DNA of 63,734 nucleotides, the filler included, from Choristocarpus tenellus KU-1152 (taxonomy: Eukaryota; Protista; Phaeophyceae), in NCBI GenBank assembly GCA_964200185.2. It is 10 parts of 10 records of this genome, joined end to end, with 100 filler letters (N's around TTAATTAATTAA, not from the genome) between each part and the next. Parts side by side here need not be neighbours in the genome. Positions count along the whole stretch, not along the records: positions 40,226 to 57,367 come from CAXNAD020000715.1; positions 57,468 to 60,920 come from CAXNAD020019935.1; positions 61,021 to 63,734 come from CAXNAD020025372.1; 7 more parts are not named here. One strand, written 5' to 3'. A program made the translations under genes and the position numbers. Under the pieces are notes generated by a model that was given only the letters and a program-made list of their open reading frames with translations, was not told the origin of the DNA and ran no database searches. Shown here in pieces: positions 50,520 to 63,734 of this stretch (position 1 is its first letter; the number at the start of each line of letters is the position of its first letter).

Positions 50520-51912
50520 CATACCTCACCAACAAGCTTTGGATGCCATGTTACAAATGATCTTCTCGCTCTTCAGTTATAAAGTACCGCTAACTCACTA
50601 GCGACAGTAAGCAAACCTGGTCCCAAATTGTTTAATCATGCCATTAAAGAAAAAATGGTCGGAAGTATGCAGTAAAGAGTCTTGATTTTTCTGTAGCATA
50701 TTTCTACATCATGATGATCAAACATCTGCAGCCGGCGAAACTTGCCCTCCCCAATGACAATATAACCACCCTTAAAGCCCCTACCTCCTATCTGTAGCTA
50801 GTCTTCATTGCTGCTCATACTATCCCTTCGCCGTCTGATCTGTACAACTCCACATTTCTCTTCAGGCTGAGCCCCTGTCTTGCCTAGGACTCAGCCCATT
50901 CTTGATCTATTATCTCCCAGCACTGTTCTTGATCTATTATGGTGCATGCTCCAATCTCAGTTCCAGGTGGTACTGTCAAGCATAACAGATATACAGCATA
51001 TAGAGACAAAATGAATGCGATTCAAAGAAGGGTAGGTCTCAGACAGTTCTTGACACGGTGCTAACAAAAACTCCATGCTATCTGCAGTAAAGAAGGGCTT
51101 CCCAATTTACTTTTTCAAGGATGAATCTCAACACAAAATGTGTTAGGGCTAGGGCAACCTCTTGCAGTCAAAAAGCAGCAAGACATTTAGAGGCGATTGT
51201 CCCAAGCTTAATCCACACAGACACTCAAGGTCAACATAAATATTTCAATGTGACTGTTCATTAGATGGTATGTGTTGAACTCATCAATGTATTCTACCCT
51301 CCCCCTGCCCCAACAAAAAGAGGTTTCTCCCTAATGCATATCAAAAGCACTTACCCAGTACCTCTTGCAACAGCAATAGTATGGGCGCACATATACCAAC
51401 TGACAAAAAAATGATGCCTCAGGCAAAACCTCACATTCCTGAACCCTTTAGGTCCATAGCAAAATCCTAAGAATCTGTACAGGGATAGCTGCTTTATCTC
51501 CTCCAGCCTTGCAAGTCCATATCATATGGCCAGACAGGTCGCACCCTTCCCCCCACTCTTCCTCTGAACAAGCAAGAATCCATTGAAGTACAAGAATCCA
51601 TCCTACACACTACACCTGGGTGCAATGCATCTCTGTTAAGCAAAAACTAATCCATGTCCACACTCCCAAATTACAATGGAGGAGGCAGATCCAAAGCCGC
51701 CTTATGAGTCAGGAGGTGACCATTCCTTCCTCCTTTGATTCTATGACCTACTGTTACCCATTGGGAGTCATGCCTGCAAATATACAAGTGATTGCTGACC
51801 TCGGGAAGTGTGATGTATGGCTTACCTAACCTAGACGACAGTGGGCAGTTACACTACCCAACATCCTTGCCCCCTTGACAACCTTCTAGAACCACCTTAA
51901 TCTGACCTACTG

Positions 51913-54064
51913 CTATCGGGTGTTCTGTTTTGGATTATGTTTAGCAGGTTGATCTCCCATTATCCGCTTTGCGTAGAAAACCAGGAAAGGATCACCAAGC
52001 CCTCCACCACCCTCCAGAAGTACAACCTCTTCCTCTGGCAACAGCCAGCGAACCTTTTCGTCATCAAACAAGACGTACTTAGATTCTCGGCAGGGAGTGG
52101 TCAGAGAGGTAGTTGTTGCTGTGCTTCTTGGTTCAATCACTCCTGGCAATGGGTATAATGTGCTGCGTAGGACAAAAACATAGTGGCCTGACTTTAAGGC
52201 TGAACCTTGGTGTAGAATGATGCCCACTAGGTCATACTCTTGAGTAGAGGTATTCGCCCCATCATCTTTTGCAGCTTGGATGAGATTTTCAGCAATGCCT
52301 TCCACATCATTGGAACTATCCCTCTCAGGAGATGGATTAGTGGACTCACACTGGAGACATGCTGAGGCACTCACATCCAATTGTAGGACAGTCTCAATAG
52401 CTGGGACGGTTCTTCCTTCACTGCCATTCCTTCTCTTTTGGATTTCAGTGCAACCCCCACCTTGACCTATCACTTGAACAGGTTGCAGCAAGGCGGGGTC
52501 ATAACATTTCATCGTCGTGCCCTGACTAGTCCCTGGCCTGACGTGGAGGACCATAAGTTTGGGCAAATACTCCAGAAAGCTACTTCTCTCTGCTTCTGTC
52601 CTTGAGTGGCAGATGCCACAGCTGAGTTTATCCCTGCCTTCAAGCACTTCTGTTGCCCAGGCCTGCTTGATCAGGGTCCCTACGCTCACACAAAATCGTG
52701 AAGAATCTCCTTTGGCAACATTGTCCCTGCCTGTATTGCCCCCCTCCTCTCTCTCCTTCTCTTCCTCCCTCCTGTTCCACTTTGGTAGGGGAGGGGGCAG
52801 CACAAGCTCGGTGAAGGATTCACTGGATGAAGTCTCCCTTTCACATTCCAGGCAGCGTGTGCGAGTGATCAACCTTCCCTTGAAGGCGGCAGGAAGACTT
52901 TTGCACTTACTATTATCTGCCTGGTGTGTCCACCCTGTACTACTCCCAGGCAAGCGAGGACTCCAAATTCCCTCAACTGTCTCGATCACTGCCCCCAAGT
53001 AGCCAACCTAGGAGCTCAGATGCACATTGCTGACCCATGCCAAATCGTGCTGCAGCTCTTCCCCATGTCCCGTCTACAGTCATCATTCCAACCTGAGCTC
53101 CACGTACTTGGCACACAAGGTCGGTCGGGTTTAGCCAACGTGGCACTGCTGTGAACAATGAATGGGGAGACGGATCTCGTTTCCCACGTGTCAGTTCAGC
53201 TTCTTCCCTTTGGAAAAGCACCTCCTGGAGTTCGTTGCACTTCTGCATATCTCCCAGGAGAAGGGCTAATGCTTGGTAGACTGAATGCCGATCGTTCATG
53301 CATGTGTGCGGAGTCTGGGGTAACGGAGAGGTAGCAGGCTTCTTAGCACCCGTCTCACCAGATGAAGTTGAGAGTCGATCTTTATTTTCATATTTTCCCA
53401 CAACTGTCTTCTGGGAGGAGGCGAGCACATGTTCGTTGAGCGCTGCAGCTGCTCCTGGGCAAGCCAAAAGGGCTTGGACAACAGCGTTGATGTAGCACGT
53501 GTCCCCAAGGTTCTCCAAGCCGACGAAGGGTGGTGGAAAAGACGGGTTGTGCATGGAGTTGTCCACAGAATCCTTACTGTTGTTATAGAAGACCTCATTA
53601 CCCTTGGGTATGTCCTTTCCAGAGGTATGGCACCAAGCATTCCAAGAACACGTATTTGTAGATTCGCGAGGACTTGTAGGTTTCTTGATATTGATTGTGC
53701 CAGCAATCTCGGAGTCGGTAGGTGAGGACCGAAGACCAAGGCGAAGCATCTTTCTAGGTCTCACCTCAACTTTATTGAAAATGCTTGATTGTGCCATTGT
53801 GAATCTACCTGGTCCATGCCCTTCGTCGAAAGGACCTCCAGCTGTCTCTACTTCGCTTTGGACTACCTTGTTTCGTCCGTACGGCGTTCTCGCCCTGAGA
53901 AGTCTAAATCCATTCGGGGCAGCACGAACTGGCGATATCTGCTTTGCACCCATCCCTTGAAGAAATCCTTGACCTGGTGATGCAGATTTTTTAGTCTCTC
54001 TGTCATATATGGTGGGTGGTCTTCTATTTTGGAATGGGATTCCAAATTCAAAACCTTGTAACAA
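51913..54064 (-). CDS. Ubiquitin-specific protease (peptidase C19), with a single frameshift at ~52994
   Basis: Cys box GLENLGDTCYINAVVQAL, QQCASELL, Zn-finger CLEC...CGIC, His box YDLVGIILHQGSALKSGHYV and YVLFDDEKV. Two overlapping ORFs join if one G is removed from a G5 run. The start codon is not resolved. Confidence 0.88.
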
Positions 54065-54545
54065 AATATTTGAAGGCGTTTCTTTGACACATGCTACAAG
54101 AATGTATCAACTTGGGTTGGATACGTTGGCATGATGGTCGTTAGAGTCGCTGCTGGGTCCACCTATTCTCTTGCTTTAGGAGTTGGTATTGCTCTAATCC
54201 TTGCTGATAACGTGATATCTTTCCGATCAGCTGCAGGGGTGTCACCAACTATGCATCACGGGAGATTGAGGGCATACTTGAGCCCTCCATGTGTCGCTAT
54301 GGGTAAGGCAAGAAACTGACGACTATCTCCATGACGCTAGTGTTCTTGGTCACAATGCAAGCACCCCGAAATATGCAACCCTTTTAAATCTCAGCCCAAT
54401 GCTAGATATTGCGAAGACGATGTAAGTGTGGCAACAATGAACCCAATACACTAATAACATCAAGTTCCCACTTGCCATCTGTACCATAGGAAAAGCACAT
54501 CGACGGCGACGAGACCCGCGTCTGACATCTTTTTTTGCAGGACCA

Positions 54546-56264
54546 TTGTCAATTGCCCCGAGGTGGAAGGAAACATCATCTGCAGCAATCTGCGAGGATG
54601 AAAATGTACACAGCCATCCAGAAAGCAATGTTGTATGTAAATCAATTGATACGAGCGACAGAGAATACACCAAGAAGACAACCCTGCGCAGGAGGAGAGG
54701 GCGAAAGCATGCTCGTTTAAAAATGCTAGCCTTAAATGGCATGCAAACAAAAACTTCAGAGGATCACAGAGTGCGCAAGTTTCTTCAAGACGGCCAAGGT
54801 GATGAGCCGATGCTGGAGGAGGAATGGGCACAGTCTGATGGCGCCTCATCAACCAAAGCCCAAATCTACAATGCTAAAGATGAACGATTCATGAAGCTGG
54901 CTCTCAGGCATGCGAGGCGTGCCTACAATGAGGGAGAGGTACCGGTATGTTACTTGAAGCGCAAGAATAAGAACACAGAGTCATGAGGTGACAGTGTCTA
55001 CGCTGCAACAAGGGTATTGCAGTATTCGGGCAGTCCTTAGTAAACTAGGATGTTGAAGGGCAAGGATCTGAGCCGAGGCAGGGATTAGCTTTTGCACACG
55101 CATCATTTCAGCCATCATCACCATGATGGCTCAACAATGAAGCAGTCACATGCACTTTGAAGGAAATCAACAATGTTTTGGATTGTGTTTAGCGAGCAAT
55201 ATAGGAAGCTGCCTCCAACCTGTGCCTTTGGTTCATTGTATCAGTTGCTGCTATCCCAGTACCATCCACATGATTTGTTTCCCTTCTCTATTCAAGCGTA
55301 ACAGGATAGAGTATAGGCAAAGTGGATGGTACCTAAATCTTACAATCTTTTTTTAATCCCTTCCCAACCCTCTCGCCATGCACCTTCTCTCTCCTGGTGC
55401 GTGTGGGGTCTTGGGTCATGGCATGGCTGTTCCTTGGGGAGACAGGTTGGAGCTGTGTTAGTGGAGGAGTCAGATACTGGTGGTCCACACGTGATTGCTT
55501 CGGGTCGCAATGCAGTAGAAAGGAAAGCTGATGCCTCTGCTCATGCGGAGATGCTGTGCCTCCAAGTAAGGAGGGATTTCATAATAGCAATAGATTATTG
55601 GAGTATGAAGGGGAGGTTTGCCATTTGTTCTTTTTTATGCTACTTACCTTGCCCGCACTGTGCTACTTATTTGCCAGCATGTCTTTTACTGTAGGAGGGT
55701 TAAGTGCTCCTAAACCTTGCTCCTCTTGTGCGCTGCAAAGCATTAAACTTGAAGTGTTCAGTCACATCAAATGCATCTGGGAAACAGCCTTGAAGTGTTT
55801 TGCAAGTGGCAGGAGTTTTCTACTCTCCAACGTGTTCTGTGTCTGAAATGCCTTCCTTTTGGTCATTTGTAACAATAGGGATACACATCTTGCTGATACC
55901 ATGTCATGTCTCATTACATTTTCCAAATGCCACTGCATCACACCTTTTTAATGCCCAAATATTACACCTCTGCCACCCTATTCACCGTATCCTGTCGCTC
56001 GTCCTTGGGGCCTAGCACCATTATTTTCGTTATTGTGCAAAGATGAAAAGGGGATAAAGCTCAAGTTTGTGTGGGGGCTTCTTGTAACACTTCTTGTTGA
56101 TGTTTCTATTATCTTTGTTTGTTACTTTGTATCTACTTTTTTTCTTATCACCTCTCACACTCCGTAATCAGGAGGGGTCAAAACTTCGGGGGAATTGGCG
56201 CATGACAGGGAGCACTCTTTACATTACGGTTGAGCCCTGTGTAATGTGCTTATCGGCCATACAG
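54546..56264 (+). CDS. tadA: tRNA adenosine(34) deaminase, TadA-like, 3'-partial
   Basis: Exons ..54944, 55446-55565 and 56172-56264 give DERFMKLALRHARRAYNEGEVP|VGAVLV...GRNAVERKADASAHAEMLCLQ|EGSKLRGNWRMTGSTLYITVEPCVMCLSAIQ, with the HAE and PCxxC motifs. The start is uncertain and I found no later exons before the contig end. Confidence 0.9.
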
Positions 56265-58199
56265 GTTTGTGATCAAATAGTAAAAGGGACGCTGTTGGGG
56301 ACAGTTTTGCTGAGATAGCATCAAGATTTGGGTCAAGGACCACTGGAATGGTGTAGATAGAGGGTGTACGAAAGTGTTCCTCTCCATATATTTTTGAATC
56401 AAAGATTATTTTAATTGTCACTTCTTTTGCCCACTTGGAAGGGGTCGATCACCAGTTGTTCCTTTTTAACTTTAATAACAACACCTCTGTCTGTTTCTCA
56501 AGACATTCCTCCAACAGCACACGGTGCTTTGCTTTTCGGCTGCTGAATTGTCTACTATAGTAGGTTATTATTCATAAATGCATTTATGTATATATATATA
56601 TATATATATATTTGATGTAACATTGGTATCCAAGACTCCCTACCTTAGAGTTGTTTCCTTATGAACTTTCGATCTTTTGGAGGGAGTTGATGGCGAGATA
56701 GACCGATGATTCCGTGGCCCAGTGCTGACTTATCTTCTAGCTGATCAGATTTGTGTCTCTCGATGCCTCTGCATTTCACACTATTGTTAAACAGGGCTTG
56801 GCAGGGCATTCAACCTCATGTGAAATATGTTACGACAAATTGAACCCCTGGGAGAGTGTGGAGTGAAAAGAAATATCCGTGCTCTCACCCTTCTGAGGGG
56901 TAATCTTTCAGGGGCATCATTGTGTAGTGAAGAGGTTATGTTTTTTGAGACGCAAGTGTCATGTGTTGCCAATTTTTGTTTATGAATGAAGTATCCTTAG
57001 GCTGGCAAGGAAAAAAGCTATTATGCACTGTGTGTGTTAATCTTTGATACAACTTCTACCCATGTTTCAATATCCTTACCTGTATGGTAGAGGCCCATAT
57101 TTAAGTACTTGATAATGATTGTGGTGCATCCAAGTCTCCCTCTGTGCAAGCGTAGGTCAAGTATCCCTTCTCCATAACTTGTGAGAATGTCGATCAGGCA
57201 GCATTGGGTCGAAACAGTCCCCTATCCCATGTGCTAACCAAGGGGACTCAGTATTTTGAGGGTTATGGAATGCACTTGAACAGCTTCACCTAAACATGAG
57301 TACACAGACATGAGTGCACAGACCTTGCATCACGACCCACTTGACCATGGAGTCAAAGTATCTTGGGNNNNNNNNNNNNNNNNNNNNNNNNNNNNNNNNN
57401 NNNNNNNNNNNTTAATTAATTAANNNNNNNNNNNNNNNNNNNNNNNNNNNNNNNNNNNNNNNNNNNNCCCTTGACAAACCGCCCCCCCCCTGATACTTTG
57501 ACCCTAGAATGAAGTGGGACTGATTTTTTTTTTGTTAATATGTACTTTCTCCGTTTGGAATGAAATGTAACATAACTTTTGCAACCTCTGGTCTTGCTTG
57601 GGAATGACCCATTTCATAAACCATCTCGATAAGGCTTAGGTATAACATAGATTGGTAGGCGTGCGAAGTTTGAGAGGGTGGGCTGTCATGACTGTGGAGG
57701 ATCACCAGTACAAAACCGACCAAGTCGCATTTGAATTGTTCAAAAACCTCACGAACCTGTCAAAGCAGGTGCTATCGGGATACCTAGGATGAAGGCCCCC
57801 TGTTGTTCCAGTGGTTCACTAATCCTGTCATCGCCTGTCGTTCCCAATTCTTTGACACAGAAGAAGTTTGTTCGGGGTCAGGACTCAAACACCCCAGCGA
57901 AAAACATAATATCTGGAGGCGAACCCACTAACCCTGGAGTACCCAGAAATTAGTTTCCCACTGTCTGATACACCTATTCACTAATTTCGTCTTCTGATTG
58001 GTGCTATAATTCTTACCAAATAACCCACCCATTCTTAAACTAATTTAAGTTTAGGGGGTCCGCAAAATCGCACATCTGAAAAATGCGCACAAGACACAAA
58101 GGCTGTCCGTCTCACCCCTAAAAGACTACCCCTGCATGATTATTATATGCTTTGCTCCAATCCTTAATATATGGTTGAGGAAACGATTATTGCATCTTC

Positions 58200-60800
58200 A
58201 TGTAATATACTGGTACTCCACTTGTTACTGAAAAATGTCTTCATTATTCTGCCACCAACCCTCAAATAGATAACTCGCATCGATTCTAGTACCACTATGT
58301 GCCTGTAGCATAGGGGTTCCTCAACTATTTGAAACACTTCATGGGTGGGCTAGATAAACCAGGGCAAGGAGTCTTATCATCCAACGTTTCCACACATCAA
58401 TAAATCCACCCTGTAGTACCCGGATAAGCAACTATTTGCAATCAATGCTACATTAACACTTTGACAGGCATGTGAGGTGAAACTTTCTCCACTGACAAAA
58501 AAGTACCAATAGTGTCCAGATTGTTCCAACTCAGAATTGCTATCAATGGGTCATCACTATCTGAACACATGCAAATACACAAAATATCACTTACCACTAC
58601 AGAGATCTGCTGCTAAAACGTCTTTTATCCAGGACAAGAAGCCAACTACCATAGGAAAAAGGAAACATCAGAGTTGTACACAAATCTTTTCCATCAGGTC
58701 ATACTACTCAACCCTACTGAAAGACACTGGTTATCAGGGAGAAGCTTGCAGCTATGATACCACTTGTGATGACTCGTATCACAAGGTAGCAACAGGCAGC
58801 GACCTTGTGTACACCAGCATCGATTCCTTAGTGCTGCAATGTGGTTGTATCCAAATTTGAACCTGTCTCTATGATGATTAAAAGTGTATTTGTCGCTTGT
58901 TTGTGTTAACATTGCGCTGCTGCTCTATCAATGCCCACAACACAAATAAAAATATTCAACAACAAAATTGTAATAGAAGACGGTCAACACAGTGAACAGG
59001 GGTGTCAGGTAAAGCAAAGTTGCACCTTTTACAGTCGTGCATATATCTCAACCACCGATACAACAAAACATCTGCAACAATAATGCAATCATGGGAGTAA
59101 TCACTTAACCAAAACTAAAATGATAGTGATAACAGTCTACAAACTACATGTACTCCATAATACAGTACGGTGTATCAAAACCTGTCCTCCAAAGGGCACT
59201 AAGCCTTTCTGTACACCTTGATTGGATCATTAAAATACTCCACTATGAAAAACACTCTTGAGTGTTTCCTGCTCCATGTCCAGCTTCACTGCACTTGTCA
59301 GTACCAGCCCCAACATGGTTGAAAAGTCGCTTGCTAATCTCTCAAAGCTCCTCCAACATAGTGTAGAGGTTTCTATCAGTGCCACACCATCTTGCAGCAC
59401 CCTCCTTGAGCCAGGCAATCTCACAGTCCTTAAAGAGGCAGGGGGAAACAAGATGAAGAAAGCCAGGATGTCATGTCAGAGCAACACCATAGGTTCTGCC
59501 TCATCAGCTACAATGAGATTGCATCCCCACCTTAGCCAGCTACCTATTTCTGTATCTCCGAATAAAACATGTAACCTACAGGGCTCAATAGCTATTAGCA
59601 AGGTGGTGAAAAAGGAGATTGGCTGTGACTCTCGGACAGATATGATGCTTCTCAAATAATGACAGCTCACTAATAGATGTTTTGGGTGTGTGTTTCAGCA
59701 ACCCTTTCTAATGCATGCTTTGGGATTGATCAAGTGGTTCCTAAAATGGAAAATGATGTCTTGAATATCCACATACAGCTAGATATATGGCTGGTTAATT
59801 CAGATTAAAGCTCAACATCTTGAAAATCAACGAACAAGCCTATGCAAACTGGCTAAATACTTTGGGGGCATTAAAGTTATGATGTTGGCAAATTGAGTCT
59901 ATGGACTTGCAATTTCAAGTAACTACAGTCAGTGGGACATACCCCAGGAATAATATAAAAATAATACATTACAATCCCTTCAAGTCCATTGGTATGCAGC
60001 CCTCCCAATGCCAATGGAGACTTTAACACAGTCAAGAGAAGCAAATTCTCACACCAAATCTGCGCACTGACGTGTGCTTTAGAATGAACATGCACGGACA
60101 CATACAACCGCGTTGAACAACACAGCACTTCTGAACACCCAACAAAAAACACATTTCATCCAATGACTACTTTACTTCACACCATTGAACTGCATTTGTG
60201 AGGAACAAATAGCAAGCTTAGACAAAGGTGCTCATAAACACCCCAGATGCGTTACAGGCGAATAGCACGAGCATTTCTTTCTGTGTGCCAATAATCGCTA
60301 ACAGTATACATACGTAAGAATTCATACAAGGGGAACTTTGGATCGGTAGAAGATGCAGAGTAAGACTCGTAATACACGCACAAACTAACAGAATAGACGT
60401 CAATTCCTGGGATTTGCAGAATAAAGATTTGTAATTTGAGTACGTGTACAACAGTTGGCAGATGTCTTTCAATTTGTAGTCTGTAGAATCTGGGTGCATG
60501 ATGCAAATAAAGAACGCTTTGAACGTCACTCATTGTATTAAAACATTCAGTGAAGCTTCGAGCTAAGCACTGAGTGAAGCATCAGTCGAAGAGTGACTGA
60601 TAACCATCCGTGGCTATCAACTGTGGAAATACCCCAATGGTGTCGTCTTAAGGTTGTTGGATTAGAGTTGCACATCCTGCGGAGGTGATTTCTGGAGCGT
60701 GTTGCAACAGATGAGCAATAAAAACACTTTGGAACAAGGTATCTCATGCACACTCTGATATCCTGCTGAACATGTGTATTTTGTGTCGCATAACTTGTCT
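58200..60800 (-). mobile_element. Probable decayed hAT transposase
   Basis: Broken minus-strand frames show a BED-like CFYC...NPTTLRRHH and TSLTL...SSPCMNSYVCI, resembling hAT SLTxDxWSS...SYxxIT. Boundaries are approximate. Confidence 0.35.
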
Positions 60801-61254
60801 TCCAATAGCAACATATGCTTTTGACGAATTTTGTTGTGAGAGGCCTGTGCGTCAAAGTATCTGGGGGGGGGAGGGGGGGGGGGGCCGGCGTCCGCTTTTC
60901 CCCCTTTTTTTAATTTTCACNNNNNNNNNNNNNNNNNNNNNNNNNNNNNNNNNNNNNNNNNNNNTTAATTAATTAANNNNNNNNNNNNNNNNNNNNNNNN
61001 NNNNNNNNNNNNNNNNNNNNGATAGGAAGACCCACGCAGTAGTTGTGCAGGGAGAGGGGGGGGGCGGGGGGGGAACAAATGGATTAGGGATCAAGGCCAT
61101 GAACCAAACCAAGATACCACATGCGAGGATGAAAACATGAATAGATAAAAACATGAATAGATGAATAGAGACATGCTTCGACAAAACAATTTTTATGTCA
61201 AAAAAAAACTTATCCAATTCATCCCAGGTGGTCCCTAGGACAAAGTACTAAAAA

Positions 61255-61480
61255 AAATAGTAATAATAATAATAATAACATTAACAGTAACAATAACAGT
61301 AATAATACTAACAATAATAATAATAACAATAGTAACATTAACAGTAACAATAACAGTAATAATACTAACAATAATAATAATAATAATAACATTAACAGTA
61401 ACAATAACAGTAATAATACTAACAATACTACTACTAATAATAATAACATTAACAGTAACAATAACAGTAATAATAATAGC
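61255..61480 (+). repeat. Higher-order trinucleotide minisatellite (AAT/AAC/AGT)
   Basis: Repeated AACATTAACAGTAACAATAACAGTAATAATACTAACAATAATAAT units. Confidence 0.9.
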
Positions 61481-61516
61481 ACTAACTTTGTGCACAGGTC
61501 TACTTCCGACTCTCAC

Positions 61517-63734
61517 CTGTCCATAATTTTCTCGAAGAGGTCGTTAAGGGCAGCATTACTGTGAGCCACCATGATGGTCCGTTGATTTGGGAAGGAGTGG
61601 TAAAGGTTATTGATGATCTGCACTGCCACATCAGTTTTACCTTTAAAAAATAATAATAAAACAAAACAAAAAGTTAAATGTTACATAATTTTCAACAACG
61701 TATTATAATGATACTATTAAATGGGTATACATACATAATATGTAACACATATAACACATATATACACACACACCAGTTCCCTATGGGTCAAAGAAACTCT
61801 TCAATATCTAACTTCTTAAAAGTATAGTATATATATATGTAGTTAAAATAATTGGGTGCAATGAAGGGAGTGTGAGATGGATGTCATGTTTTTGTGCTTT
61901 TTATTGTTTTGATATGCAATTGAAAGTATTGACCTATCAACATAGGAAGGCGTTGTTCCTCCACTATACCAAATTGATGACTATACCACAACATAGTATG
62001 GGGTGGTTATTCTAGTCAGTATCACACTCCTTTTCAGTGTCTTAGTCTGCTGAAAAAAAACACACAACTGAAGAATAAAAAAAAACATGGGATATGTGAA
62101 AATAGCTCTCTTATCACTATATATTTCTCCATTTTACCTCCAAATGTCACAATTGCTACACCACGTTAAACACACTCCAGAGGAAAATTATTTATATTAT
62201 TTAAATAATGCTACAAATATGACTATTATTGTATTAGTATTATTCATAATAATACTACAAATGCGAGAACAAAAGACATTGCAATAAATGAAAGGGACAG
62301 ACAAAATCCTAACGTGTAACAGATAAGAATAATAGAAAAACAAGCATAGAAAAGGCTAACTATAAATACTCTTCACTAAAAGTGTCTCAAGGCTAACTCC
62401 TGCTCCTGTGCAGTACTATATCATGATCATTACTATTATATCATCACTACTAGGTTAACAGCACATGCCCTGGCAACAAGTACCCTCGGCAACACTAAAC
62501 CCTTCCTGTCTATACACACTCTTCCTACCTACGTGGTGCACTTGGAACATGTGATTCACAACTAGGGAATCTACCTCACCTCCAACCCTAACCCTTGAAA
62601 AGATAAAAATATTATACATATTAAAAATAGTATACACATTAAAAATAGTATACATTTTAAAAATAGTATACATATTAAAAATAGTATACATACATCCAAC
62701 CCCAACCCTTTCTCGCAACAATAATAAAAAAATAGTATATTTTCAAACGGTAACCCATTCTCTTGCAGCACCCTCAAAAAACAAAAAAAATTCCATCCCA
62801 ACACTCCAGTCATTTTCTATTTTATTTATTATTTTTTATGTTCATACCTGTCCCTGGGGGTCCCACCACCATTGTCAGACCAGGGTTCATCCCACTGCGG
62901 ATAGCTTCCATCTGGACGGGTGTGAACCTTACCATGTTCTGCTTGGGTACATCCTGAAATACATACAAACACACATAGTATGTATATTTATTCATATATA
63001 TATATATGCATCGACATGATTCAGTCACCAAGATTCAGTAAGAAGATGTATATATTTTTTTAAATAGAGTTAACAGCACGGAATCGACTAACTGTGAAAG
63101 AAACAGATGATGGTATGACTATTGATCACATACCGTCATCGGTATATATACTATGTATATGTATATTGGCAGTACAAAAAAATTATTGTAGCAATTCACC
63201 AAAAATATTCTGATTGACCTAAAACATATTGGCGGCCCAAAGATCTTTTTATTATTTTATACATCTGGTACCCTGCACCCAATATATAACCATCTCCTAG
63301 CCTGAGCCTGAGCCTGAGCATCTAGATGCATTGAGGGGCGTGAATGGAGCCTTCCACCTTACACATCTGCAGTCTACTCCAACAACTGAGCGAAATCCTT
63401 CCCTAACCCTAAAAACATCACACAAACTCTCGACACAAAACTTGGACACAAAACCCAAACCCTAAATATCTACATCTGCCTGGTGGCAGCACCCGCAGCC
63501 CACCATGCGCTCCAGAGACCACAGAACCACCCTTAGACCCCTTCATACCTGCGGATAAGGCCCGGGGTTTGGAAGTGTATATGGTGTTACTGTAATCAGC
63601 TCCCGCATCCCAGCTCGAGCAACAGAGACTGCCCTTCCCCCCCCCCCCCCCCCCATCGTGCCCTGAACCTCTCCCCCACTCGACGATTCCTCTCCATCCA
63701 CGCCAGCCCCACTGCTACCCCCCCCAACACCCCC
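61517..63734 (-). CDS. AQR: Aquarius / IBP160 spliceosomal SF1 RNA helicase, three internal exons
   Basis: Exons (window end)-63549, 62953-62848 and 61640-61517 give [17 protein letters not shown]|[36 protein letters not shown]|[41 protein letters not shown] (Walker A region of AQR). Confidence 0.95.
62600..62692 (+). repeat. 18-bp intronic minisatellite
   Basis: (ATTAAAAATAGTATACAY) about 4-5 copies. Confidence 0.85.

Noticed and set aside
1472-63734. Functional cluster of RNA-processing genes (RNase Z, TadA, Aquarius)
   Set aside because: The genes are on separate contigs joined artificially, so there is no evidence of linkage.

Overview
This is not one continuous locus. It is ten eukaryotic contigs joined by artificial 100-bp linkers (N44-TTAATTAATTAA-N44). 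Intron-rich genes, TTAGGG repeats, a bipartite plastid-targeting presequence and the transposon set suggest a photosynthetic stramenopile, probably a brown alga (inference). Host genes: an 8-exon short-form RNase Z with two GC-AG introns, a 4-exon HAD hydrolase, a frameshifted ubiquitin-specific protease lying head-to-head with a TadA-like tRNA deaminase, and part of the spliceosomal helicase Aquarius. The rest is mostly mobile DNA. The main signal is a Sola-like DNA transposon set: more than 20 MITE copies in five families with related termini (mostly GRGYCAAA...TTTGRCYC) and mixed 3- or 4-bp target-site duplications (TSDs), plus three decayed transposase loci. One of those loci lies next to a 14-unit 77/78-bp tandem array and ends in a Tudor-like tail. 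Also present: a 1.5-kb element with long inverted LTR-like arms and a 5-bp TSD, a small segment bounded by inverted telomeric repeats, and Gypsy, Copia, RTE-LINE and hAT relics. I found no CRISPR array, rRNA or intact tRNA gene.
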